This document shows, one piece after another, positions 12,792 through 24,272 of a DNA stretch of 64,000 bases; the stretch's first letter is position 1, and each line of letters opens with the position of its first letter. The position numbers were made by a program, and so were the translations under genes. The stretch is from the NCBI GenBank assembly GCA_002269645.1, contig NIVC01000139.1, forward strand, positions 179,591 through 243,590. The letters run 5' to 3'. The stretch comes from Macrostomum lignano (Eukaryota). The notes beneath the pieces are model-generated. The model was not told the origin of the DNA. It saw nothing but the letters and a program-made list of their open reading frames with translations, and did no database searches.

Positions 12792-13600
12792 TCACGCGTG
12801 AAAGCTGTTGCAGGCAGCAATAGCTGCAAGCAACGCATCTGGGACATTGCTGTGCTTACAATTACAGCATATCTCTTGCCAAGTTTCAGCTAAATCGCGG
12901 TGCACGCTCTCGAAGGCTTGTTTGCTGAACATGCCGAGTGAGCTACCAGTTATGCTACAGAAGACTCCCACGTGGTGTAGCAGCACGTGCACTTTAAAGG
13001 AATTGACAGACCAAACAGCTCAAATGCAGTCTTGAACTGCGAAATTTGCTGCTGGATCTCTGCATGCAGCTGGAAACCAAAGCAGCTGCTGATAATAGCA
13101 TCAAAACTCATCAGACAGGACCCGTATGGCTTCAGTTGCTGCGACAGACAGCCATGAAGCTCTGCAGATAAGAAAGTAGCAGCATAGGTGCCTGGAAGCA
13201 TGCGACAGGCGAAATTACCAACCTTCATGTCGGATGCTACTGTACTTACTCTTATTCCTCCTAGGCTCATACGCGTAGCATTCTCTCATGTCTGGTACAG
13301 CTGCCATCAGCAACAGCTTCACTCCAGAATCGGCGAACAGTTGACTTTTTCGACTGACTTGCTTCGCTCTACCCCAAAGCAGGAAGCTGACGCAAATTTA
13401 GAAAAATTCACCGCCTTCGTCAAGACCAAGCTTCACGTCGACATCCTTGTAGCCCCTCTCAAAAGCGACCTTCTTGATTGATCATCACACATTGCAGAAG
13501 ATCACGGCCGTTTTTGACATAACTCATTCGCTTGTCGACTTCTAGCAGCTTGGAAGAAAAATCCGATATGCCGGCTTCTTGTAGTCAGGCTTGCTCCCAA
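12792..13600 (-). pseudogene. Decayed Chapaev/Transib-like (RAG1-core-related) DDE transposase in PRPF39 intron 1
   Basis: Reads VDVKLGLDEGGEFF*ICVS...FADSGVKLLLMAAVPDMRECY (first catalytic D, ~13410-13427). It continues IISSCFGFQL...IP(L)KVHVLLHHVGVFC...SLGMFSKQAFESVHRD...LLAAIAACNSFHA* (catalytic E, 12906-12920), with stops, frameshifts and an apparent internal deletion. Confidence 0.7.
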
Positions 13601-14849
13601 GATCGACTGCACAGCCTTCCCTGAACTGGCTCCCTTTTGAAAAATGCTGGTCGCTCACAGGGTTTGCCGGTTGCTGAGAGTTAAAGCAACTTTTAGCTGC
13701 AGCATCTTTTTTGCAGTTGTTTGAGCCAATTATTCTGTGCTGCAATCTGCTGGGTTGTCCACAGGCCAAAGGCCTGTCTCCATGCGTTCTAAGAGTAATA
13801 GTGCTCGCTCCTGTAGCCTGCAGCATGACAATAACTGTGGTGCTAACGCTTTGCTCCGCTGTTCCAGGACTCATCAAGCTGTTCAAATTCCCTAGCGAGA
13901 TTGCTTTATTGCTGCGATTTGGCTTGCCTTTGCGGATAGGTGAGTGGCAGCCAGAACACAGCCGCGCAGTAGGAGCCTAGGTGCATCTGCACCAGTAGAA
14001 GCTGGGCCTCTGGGGCTATTTCTATTACCAAATGTCTAAATTCTGCATGGGTGCTGCTGCTGACGCTGCAGGCACTCTACCGTAGATGAGTTTCAGCTAG
14101 AATTCAGGCGCATTAGCTGAGCTTGATTTTCGTCACAATACCAATCTTTTTTAGTTTGTATTCATTTTTAGTATATAGATTCAAAAAAGATGCTGGAAGA
14201 CAACGATTTTTAGCATTTTACTCTACCAAATGCATTACACAAATAACTACCGCTAAACCTATTAATTACAAAATGTACACACTCACTAGAATTAAGAGCC
14301 GCCATCATTAGCACGGTACACTTGGAGAGGAAAAACTGCATATATAGCGTCGTTTATGGCAGTGTGAGTTGAGATCAAATATGAGATCTACTGACCGTAC
14401 TTTTGTCATATGACCGCCTTGTGGGGAGTGCTTTGTTAGCTCATACCTGGCAGTTAAGAGCGCGAATTAAACAGCGGGAGAAGTGCTAACAAAGAGGGCG
14501 ACTGACTGGAAACGAAGGTTCCAGTGCCAAAACTGTAGGAAAATAAAACGGGATACGAGTTACTGGCTTTCATACGCTAATTACTCTAATTTAAAAACAG
14601 TCTCTGTTAAAAACAAAAATTAGTAAAAATTCTACAAGTCATAATGACCTAGTTTTTTATTTTTAACTGTTGGAACTTTTGCTGTTTCATAACTAAATTC
14701 CAAAATAAAGATCATAGTAAAAATGGAGCCATCTTAAAATTAAACACGGTGCAAAAAGTTTATAAAATCGCAGCAGAGCTGACCTCGTGTTTTTACGAGC
14801 TGCGCGACTGGTCCTACTCGTAGTCCTACCCTGCATCTGGCCCCGGCGT

Positions 14850-14975
14850 AGGTGGTTGGCGTGTTGCTTCCCTAGTCACTTATCGCCTTGATGTCGTTGA
14901 TTGCAATACCAGCACTACGAACGGGCACCTCCCCGGCGCATGCTGTGCAAAAAGGACTTGCCAGGTTAGGTAGCA
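14850..14975 (-). pseudogene. Second, divergent tyrosine recombinase C-terminal relic
   Basis: FLHSMRRGGA, then after a frameshift AGIAINDIKAISD*GSNTPTTY, matching the YR H-S-x-R-R-G-G-A and G/D-W-x(6)-Y motifs. Confidence 0.6.
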
Positions 14976-16529
14976 AGACAAGGGTTAATATTAAAATATC
15001 GCGTTACGACCCAGCACGTTAGCTTTATATTGCGTTGCAACGCAAACCATTGGGTACGGCGAAGCAAATGCTTCCTTGCAGACGTAAGATAGATCCGAAT
15101 AACAAAATCAGAATCATCAATTGGGGATTCGGCCAATCGCAGCAGAGTGATCAAGTCACTGACCCACCTGCAAGCTCAATTAGTGTAAAAGTTATGTAAA
15201 CAGTTGAGTCAACATCTTTCAGTTGAGCTCCTTACTACAGAATGACATCCTGCAGTCAGGCCTTTCATCTGGTCTTCGATGACCATATAGGATCGCCGAT
15301 GCGAAGGCAGAAATAATTAATGCTTGTTTGTGCAAGCGAGCACGTTTTATTCGGGGCTGGTTACAGAAGCGACAGGCAAACCACAAAAGCAATCAACAGA
15401 CGAGGCGCAGGATCAGTGAGCAATTGTCGATGTTCAGTTTTCAGATCTGCTGCTGCTGCTGCATGCAAATTTTGAGCCGACAAACTACGTCACGGCCTAG
15501 GAACCCACCGAAAAAACACCTCGCGACACCCGCAACAACAAATCCTCCATCAGCTCCCACGCCATATATGCCAACCACACCACCCCGCGCGAAGGGCACA
15601 CAAATCCCGCCGTTTAAACCACCTTACCGCCAAAAGTTCAGCAATAATAACATCTAGGCAAATAACATCTCTTGCAAAGTGCGAGTGACCAGGAGTATGG
15701 ATAAAACTTAATTTAAAAGCAGTAACGTGTTTTAGATACTAGCATTTCCAAAACTCTATTATCAGTGCACCCTAACAGTAGAAACAGAAGGCACACTTTA
15801 CCTGCTTTTATACAGGAGGTGCTTAGCTGCCCTTGACAGTTTTTTTATGCACGATAAGGCAGAATTCACCAGGGGCTCGCTGTTTGGTAGTGTTCCTAAA
15901 ATTCAATTTTATCGCAGCACAATTTTAACTGCATTTTGACTTGACTGCAGAATGCCTTGTGGGGTGGTTAATGGGTAAAGGTGGTCCCTCCAGTTTATTT
16001 TTTACTTTAAAGTGCTATTGTCATTTCGCTGTCAACTAAGTTCCTCAGCATCCTCAATAAAATATGATTGAATCCGATTAGGCTTTGCTCCCTATTTTTC
16101 AGCTACCATGTGAATTCCAGTAAAACTTCAAACATTTTGCGTCCTTATCATCATATTCACTCTAAATTTACTTTTGCAGGCGAGCACGTATTTCTAGGTT
16201 TAGCAAAGAAAAATTACTTAGCGATCCGTGTTGAAATCTGCTCATCCGTCAGTTATTCATGGATTTGTCCATGCTAGACAGTTAGGCAATATGTAGCTAT
16301 CCTTTTTCAATCAAGTCTGAACGCCTTTGAAACTTCTCAACTGCGCAAGTGGGCGTGCTCCTTTTATGAGACCTATGAGAGTTACTTATTACGCTTACTT
16401 CGTTTGGTAAGACTAACATAAATATTTACTGTGCGATTTTGTGCATACTGGGGAAGAGTCTTTATAATTAAATGATACAAAGCAGCTGTCTCATGGTTCC
16501 TCGCAATGCATCCTGCATTTTCACGATAG

Positions 16530-18678
16530 GTTTACGAGAACGGAGTGAATGCCATCTACCTAAGCATTGACCTATGGGTTGCTTACTTGGAGTATCTAAT
16601 GGAGACGTCGCAGACAAGTCCAGACTACGAAGAGAAAGTAAAGACGTAAGCGTTGTGTTCTTGATTTGTTTCCTTTAACTATTTATCCGCGTAAGCCTAG
16701 TCCGTAAACGTAATCGTCATTGCTCAGCCCGCTTGTAACTCATTAAACTCGCAGACACTTGTGATTTTTGGCCTGCGACACCTTGTTACGAATTACCCTA
16801 AAGCATTTATTAGGATTGTGTTTATAAGTTACAAGCTAATTCTAAAGTAAGGATAAATATTTTTTATGATCAAATATTCGTTCGTTTCATCTCTCATATA
16901 GCACTAATCATTTTATAGCGCCACCGTATACTTATCCTAACTGGCAAAGAGGAGCAACACATTTTCCGATACTACGAGTATGTTAATTTAAATTAGCTTC
17001 TCAAACAGTCTCCTGATCTCCTAATTTTCCTTTTCTATTTTTCAGTTTGTTCGAGCGAGCAATTGCATCCGCGGGACTGGAATTCCGTTCTGACAAGCTC
17101 TGGGAGGACTACATCAATTGGCTAAGCGTGATGGGCAATTTCGTTGATGTTACTGCTGTGTACGACAAGCTTCTAGGCACGCCCACGCAGCTGTACTATC
17201 AACACTGGGAGAGCTTCAAGCGCCATGTGGAAGAAAAAGACCTGCGCCAGATAGTGGCCCCAGAGGAGTTTAAAGGTCTGCTCCGCGAGGTCACGCAGCA
17301 CGACATCGATATCAATGCTCTTATAGACGACGGAACCATCAAGAAGATGAAGGAAAAGCTGGTCGCAAAGCGCAGCATCGTCTACCAGGCAAATTACGAA
17401 CAAATCAGCAAGCGTTGGTACTTTGAAGAGAAGATCCGGCGACCCTACTTTCACATTAAACCACTGGAGCGAGGCCAGCTTTCTAACTGGCGCGAGTATT
17501 TGGACATGGAGATTCTGGAGCAAGACCACGCCCGCATTATCGTTCTGTTCGAGCGCTGCCTCATTGCCTGCGCCAGGTACGAGGAGTTCTGGATCAAATA
17601 CGCCAAGTATCTCGAGTGGCAAAGAGACATTGACGGAGCCAGAAATGTGTGGCAACGTGCGTGTCTTGTTCACCTGCCACATAGGCCAACCGTGCACTGG
17701 TATTACTCTGCATTTGAGGAGAGACAGGGTCAGGATGTAAAGGCCAGCGAGATTATGCGGGAACTGGAAGCCATGTGTCCTAAGCAAACTCTCGTCACCC
17801 TGCGCCGAATCAGCTGCCTCCGGCGCATCGCCCAGCCCGACCAGGTTGTGCAGGTGAGTGGTTTTGTTCAAAATAGGTTGGCATAGCACTGTCACTGCTC
17901 TTCTGGACACAGAATTACAATGCACTAAAAATCCACAATCCGCCACTGCCATCCATTTTTTAATCACTTTAATGTCCATTTTTATGATCATATGTAGTAG
18001 TCATCACGGAACCCGCCACTGCCCACACAGTCGTACGAGGAGGCTCTGCACCGATACTCTGACTGCCCTGCAAGTCACTCGTTGATCTCTGCAAAATTCT
18101 CGCGCTACCTGCACCGCATCCGAGCTGACTGGCGCCGCGCTGCTGCCGTCCTTAAGACCGCCATCGGCATCGATCCAGCCAACGAGAGACTGCACACGCA
18201 GCTGGTGGACCTCGCCTACCAGCTGACGCCTTTAGACGAGACCTACTTCTGTGACTGCATTGACTTGGCGGTGCGCAATGACCACCTCAATGTGGACGCA
18301 AAGTTGCGCTTTCTCTGTCGCAAGATGGAGTTCCTGGAGGACTTCAGCGCCGATATCAAGAAGATCACGGACGCTTACGATGACTATCAGTCGATGCTTG
18401 CAACTCGCGGCTCCGGCCCTGGCCGCGTGGTTCCTGGTGCCGCCATCGCCTTGGATAACGGCAGCGTTGGCGGCGACTTGGACGAAACCACAGCGGCCAA
18501 GCGGGCCAGACGCGAGTCATACACGGGAGGCAGCTACGATCCGTTGTCCAACTGCTGCTACGGCGAGGCATCCGTCTCCAACACCGTCACCACTGCGGCT
18601 TCCAACAGCGCACTGGCCCAGCAGATTCCGGTCTACAGCGACGGTTATGACGCAGGAGCCTACGCGCTTCCTCGATGA
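16530..18678 (+). CDS. PRPF39: PRPF39 coding exons 2-4 (16530..16645, 17046..17853, 18031..18678)
   Basis: Contains VYENGVNAIYLSIDLWVAYL, LFERAIASAGLEFRSDKLWEDYI, RWYFEEKIRRPYFHIKPLE and IIVLFERCLIACARYEEFWIKYAKYLE. All GT-AG junctions keep the frame (phases 0, 2, 0). Confidence 0.93.
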
Positions 18679-19902
18679 CTTGTCTATTACAACTGCTAGA
18701 TGACGGCAATATGAAATTTTATGCTGAAGCTCGATGATAGTTTGCAATGGTATTCATTAGTTTATTATTTCATTTCCTAAGTTTCTTTAAATCGAGACTT
18801 TTGTCACTATTGCACTGTTATTTCCCATTGTCTGCCTAAGTAAGACACTATCTTATTGAGCAAAATGTAAATTCGTACGTACCATTCTGCATTCAGTACT
18901 AATGTTTTCAATCGGTTACTGGTCCGTATGAACCCCGTTAATATTTGATTTAGCTAAATGATTTAGCTAAGGCATTATAGAAATCATTCAAAACTTCCCT
19001 TGCATTGCTTGTAATCGCACAGTTTAAACCAGCTTCAACCTTTCAAGCATCAGGAATCGTATCTTTTGCAGCCCTGTGCCACTGCTCTGTAAAGTTATTA
19101 GTTTTTAACTAAATCTTAACAGACTTCCTAGTTACACGCCAAATTATGCTCTCCTAAGCGGAAGCACAGTCCCTTGTTTTTTCATGAATTTCAAAGTTAA
19201 TTTTCACTGCAACTCCAGTTTTCTCGTTGCCGCTTATTTTTCTGTCTAGCATACAATCCAGCGGGCAGCAACCAGCTTTTAATCCCCACAGCTGCATAAC
19301 TCAGTGCATTATGTAGTTAAATATATCAATTACAATCCCATAATTCGTTGGCTCGATACCTGTACTGCTCATGCCTTATGGGAAAGAAATTTAGATACCC
19401 TTTTGTACTGCTTACCAGTACTGCTTAAAAGGTTGATCTGGAAATCTGAAAATATCGGCACAATTTTATCTGCAAATAAAATAATTAAAGTCCGGTACTA
19501 GATTTTGCTAAGTGTCATCCTCTATTCAGAGTAATACTGCAATTATAATGTGGATATGCATTCGTTAGTTAATCAGTTATTTGTTTGAATAAATACTCTG
19601 CATGCGGTTCAGTGAGTCTGTAGACAAACTCAATCTTTTGCTTGTATTCTGTGTGAATCTTAAACCGTTTTCTGTGGTGCGGCCCTGCTTGGCAAAGATT
19701 TTTTGCTTCTTATTTTGCCTCGCAGATCTTTGTTCTTGTTTTGCTTTTCCTCTGACCACTGATCATTGTTGATGGTCTGAGTCTTGTGTCGTGATAGCTT
19801 TTACTCTGTTTAGAGCGTCTGTTCATTTGCTTAGGGTTTCTTGATCTATAGGAATGAATGCCTCAGTGTTTTCCTATCATAACCCCCGCCCCAGTCCAAA
19901 AG

Positions 19903-20610
19903 TTAATTCAGTACGTCTGTTATTTGATTGTTTGCGCATCGTTCCTGCTGTCATACTTGAATGTTTGTCTGTCACCAAACTCTGTTATTTGATTGTTTGC
20001 GCATGGTTCCTGCTGTCATATTTGAATGTTTGTCTGTCACCAAACTCTGTTATTTGATTGTTTGCGCATCGTTCCTGCTGTCATACTTGAATGTTTTTCT
20101 GTCACCAAACTCTGTTATTTCATTGTTTGCGCATGGTTCCTGCTGTCATATTTGAATGTTTGTCTGTCACCAAACTCTGTTATTTGATTGTTTGCGCATT
20201 GTTCCTGCTGTCATACTTGAATGTTTGTCTGTCACCAAACTCTGTTATTTGATTGTTTGCGCATCGTAACTGCTGTCATACTTGAATGTTTGTCTGTCAC
20301 CAAACTCTGTTATTTGATTGTTTGCGCATCGTTCCTGCTGTCATATTTGAATGTTTGTCTGTCACCAAACTCTGCAATTAATAATTCAGTGCGTCTGTTA
20401 TTTGATTGTTTGCGCTTGGCTCCTGCTGTAATATTTGAATGTTTGTCACTAAACTCTCCCAGTGCGGTTAATTAATTCAGTGCGTCTGTTATTTGATTGT
20501 TTGCGCATGGTTCCTGCTGTCATATTTGAATGTTTGTCTGTCACTAAACTCTCCCAGTACGGTTACTTAATTCAGTGCGTCTGTTATTTCATTGTTTGCG
20601 CATGGTTCTG
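19903..20610 (+). repeat. 65-bp minisatellite: 7 exact-period units starting at 19917, 19982, 20047, 20112, 20177, 20242 and 20307, then 3 longer or degenerate units
   Basis: Unit consensus ctgttatttgattgtttgcgcat(c/g)gttcctgctgtcata(c/t)ttgaatgtttgtctgtcaccaaact. The later units are separated by a ttaattcagtgcgt-containing linker. Confidence 0.95.
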
Positions 20611-21358
20611 CTCCCACTCTGTAGGCTTGCCTGGCATATCAGGTCTAGTTAGTTTTTATTGTTTGAATATATATACTCGTATTGTACAGGCGTATATCTG
20701 CTTGAGTGTTTAATTGTTTGGATGCAAAGGATGTTTGTTTTAGGCGATTGTTTGCAGCTCTGTCCAAAGACCAAGTGGCTTGTCTTTACTGGTAAATTTT
20801 ACATCAACTGAGTTTTGAATGTCCAGTTAAAATCCGTGCCTGTGTCACTTCTGGTTATGCTGCTTTGCCTGCTGCTTTGTACAAATACATGATTCTGAAC
20901 GTCACGATTCCGGCGTGTCTGTCTATTGTTTCTACTGCTTCGTATTTCTTTGCGTCATATTTTAGGGACTAAAAAGGAAGAATTTGGTGTTTTGGTTTGT
21001 GCCCAGCGCGCATTAATGCAGCTCAATTATATGTAGGTTATTTAGAATTTCTTTCCGAACTTTCCATTATCTTTGTTTTTTATTCGTCTTTTATTTTATC
21101 GGTGGCTTTGCACTTGTGTTCATAAAAACGCCATGGAAGCTATTTTAGTCCATTTTAAGAGTAGAGTGTAGACTAACTAGGGTCATAGTAACTAGCAGTG
21201 CTTCATGTGACTTATGGGTTTGTTAGTAAATTAACCTTCCATTTCTGCAATCAAAACTTACGCAATGTGGTTCAGGCTAAGCATCCGGGTCAGAAGAAAT
21301 ATCCCTGACTCGCTGCATTGACACAATTTCAGTCCACCTATTGCCTGTCTGCCTAGTT

Positions 21359-22804
21359 ATGTCTGTTGAGTATGTGCCTGTTGCCGAGGAAGAGGGCGAT
21401 GACCCGATTGAGGTGCCAACTGAGCTGGACGGCAGTCTGCTGCTGACCACCCTGACGGCCCAGTTTCCGGGCGTGTCGGGCCTGCGCTACCGAAATCCCG
21501 ATACAGGAGCTCTGCGGGCCGTCCGCCTGGCCGACGGCTGCCTGCACAGGCCTCCCGAACTGATCTCCTGGACCCACACAGGCAATGTTGTCTACGTGTG
21601 CACCTTTCCGAAAGACAACAAGCGCAAGGTGGAGCATGATGAGATGGACAATTTGAGCTCCAAGCCAAAAAAAGCTGATAGGAAGAAGTGCACGGACCTC
21701 ATCGTACTAGGCCTGCCTTACAAGATCACCGAGGAGGACCTGCGAGAATACTTTGGCAAGTTTGGCGAGCTCGTTATGACGCAAGTCAAGCGGGACCAGA
21801 AAGGAAGCAGCAAGGGCTACGGATTTATTCGCTTTGCTGAGTACGAGAGTCAGATGGAGTGTCTGTCCTGTCCCAGGCACCAGATCGAAGGCCGCTGGTG
21901 CGAGGTGAAGGTCCCAATTAGCCAAGGCGAGGCGCCCGGTCCCGCCAACGTGCCCCGCCGCGTCTTTGTTGGCCGTATCACGGAGGAGCTGACTGCACCT
22001 GTGCTCAAGGAGTTCTTTGGCCAGTATGGCCCAGTGGAAGAGGTCTACATCCCCAAACCATTTCGCTCTTTTGCATTCGTCACTTTCGGGGATTCCAGTG
22101 TGGTGTCGCAGTTGGTTGGCGAGGACTTCGTTGTTAATGGCGTCTCTGTTCACGTTGGACACGCCAATCCAAAGCAAAGTTCTGCACAGGTGAGTTTCAT
22201 CCATATGTGAATTACATTGTTCCAAGTCAAATGTGTTTGACTATTGGTGAAACATTTGTTTTATTTGCTTTTATTTTATGACATTTCAAAAACTTAGCCT
22301 TTGTCGGTTATAAAAAAATATGTCCAAGCTTTCTTGACTTTGCTGATGTGCTCGTATCTCTTTGGGAAAATTAACTTCACAATTGTTTTTGTTACACAGC
22401 TCAACTACTTCTTGATTTCGAACTCTTACTGACAACACTTCCCCACACTTCATTTGACTCAGATGATGGGCGGCGGGCCTTTCAAGCAAGGCTACCCAGC
22501 TCAAATGGGACCGCCGCGTGGTTGGCAACCAATGTCTGGCCCGCCACCACCTCAGCCGGCTGGGCAGTACCAAGAAATGGTCAACACGCTGGCAACTAAT
22601 CCGCAAATTCTGGCTGCGGCCCTCGCTCAGGTGTCTAACATGAGCATGGACTCTGGCACTCAGCAGCAGCCGCGTGGCGCGGCCGGCCGTGGCGGCTACG
22701 GTGGCGGCGGCGGGCGCGGTGCTGCTGGTGGATCATCGGCAAGCGTAGGTGGCGATGCCAACGGTAGCTACGCTGGCGGTGGGGGTTATGCGAACTACTG
22801 GTGA
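21359..22804 (+). CDS. TARDBP: TAR DNA-binding protein 43 (TDP-43); join(21359..22189,22463..22804), 390 aa
   Basis: NTD: MSVEYVPVAEEEGDDPIEVPTELDGSLLLTTLTAQFPGVSGLRYRNP. NLS: KDNKRK. RRM1: DLIVLGLP...KGYGFIRF...HQIEGRWCEVK. RRM2: RVFVGR...RSFAFVTF. The G/Q-rich C-terminal domain has the helical segment NPQILAAALAQ. Confidence 0.96.
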
Positions 22805-24272
22805 CTCGGGCTGCCTAACTCGGAGCTTGTTACATGCTACATGGACCCTTGACAAAATCCGAAAACCCGGATGCTTATAACGCTGTGTGCGAACTCTCGT
22901 AGTATGTTGTGGCGTCATTCTCGTTTCTTTTTGTTTCCCTAAATCTTCATAAGCAGTTTAATTTGGACGTGTAACCTTCAGTGCTTATTAATTTTCTTTT
23001 CTGTTAACTATTTATCTTTATTCGTAGTGCTTCGTGGTAACAATATTTTTGTAATGTTTTATAGTCCCCTAACATGTAGTCTTGGGTATCTCCAATTAGT
23101 CACATGAACCAGGAACTCATCGCAGCAGTGCTTCGCATCGCGAAAACATCAACAACATCGCATGGCGTTATGAATTTAAGCACGGCTAGGGAAGCTACCT
23201 TTTTGCCTCATTTGCACACTGGGAAAGATGAGAGGCACTTTTACATGTAAGAATCTTTGAAAAGTTATCCAAAATAATTCCTCCACGACTCTTACTCGTA
23301 GTAGTCAACGTTGCTACTTAAGGCATGACTTTAGGAGCCCCGATGCTAATAATTCGCAGGTAGAAAAGAGTTTTTATTTTGTGAAGAATTCTAATTATTG
23401 TTACTCGAGTTGATAGGAAATCTTTAGTGCAGTTACGAGTGCAGCTCATTTTAGTGCAGTTCGCATTTGCTCTGCATCATAGCTTTTCAAGCAAAATGTT
23501 TTCCCTGTGCAAATTCCTTAGCAATAGCATCCGGACTCTTGTCTGCTTTGTGTGGCGAGAACCGCTCTTGGTGACGAATTCAAATTAAATACAAGCGTAG
23601 AACCGCCTCGTCATGGCTATGAGGCTAAAATATATCAGATAGGGGTTTGATATCTCCCAATTCTTGTGTCTTGCACATTCGCTTTTGGCTACTACGCTCG
23701 TACAATACTCACCTGGCATGTCTTCACACCTGAAGCATGTAATGTATTCAAGTTCTCTCTAAGACCCTGTCTTGCGTGTATCGTTTTTCTTCGTGTCCGG
23801 TGCCTCACCGGATGCTGCTCTTGTTGAAATAAGCAACGCTACCCATTTTAGACGGTATCTGTAACATTCTTGCTCTGCAAGCTTACCGAGTGTTGCAAAA
23901 TGTTGTTAAGCAATTAAATAGCAATTTCAGTGTTCCCGCTGTCATTTAACAAAAACTGTTGTTGTAAATTCTCTTGGTCTGTCATTTCGTCGGCTTTGAT
24001 CTTTTTTATTTAGGGTACTATATTGACACTATGAAACCCAATGAAATAGATTAGGAGTCTACTGATTTCGAAGGGTGCACCACACAAACAAACGTTAAAG
24101 AACAGATGATAAAAAATAAAATAAATGCACTTTCTAGTACACGAACTCTTACTGTAATGAAATTCCAGAACTTTTTATTTTAGCTTTGACTAATGCCAAC
24201 ACGTAGAATCAAACAACGGACCTGTTTGGCGATCACTGCAGGTTGCTAGCCACGGTTTAATTTGCCCACGCA

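Noticed and set aside
14745-14751. cacggtg as an RSS-heptamer-like Transib terminus
   Set aside because: I found no matching partner TIR or TSD on the other side of the transposase relic.
17173-17991. 272-aa antisense ORF over PRPF39 exon 3, plus similar shadow ORFs over ARFGEF, TARDBP, DPH1, the RhoGAP and the LINEs
   Set aside because: They are explained by the codon bias of the GC-rich sense genes and have no recognisable domains.
19903-20610. 65-bp repeat with linkers in later units as a possible CRISPR-like array
   Set aside because: The units are head-to-tail with no unique spacers, the context is eukaryotic, and no cas genes are present. The C-rich short ORFs over it are repeat translations.
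22805-24150. A vertebrate-style TDP-43 binding region in the TARDBP 3' UTR
   Set aside because: Only scattered short UG dinucleotide patches; no long (UG)n or motif cluster is visible.
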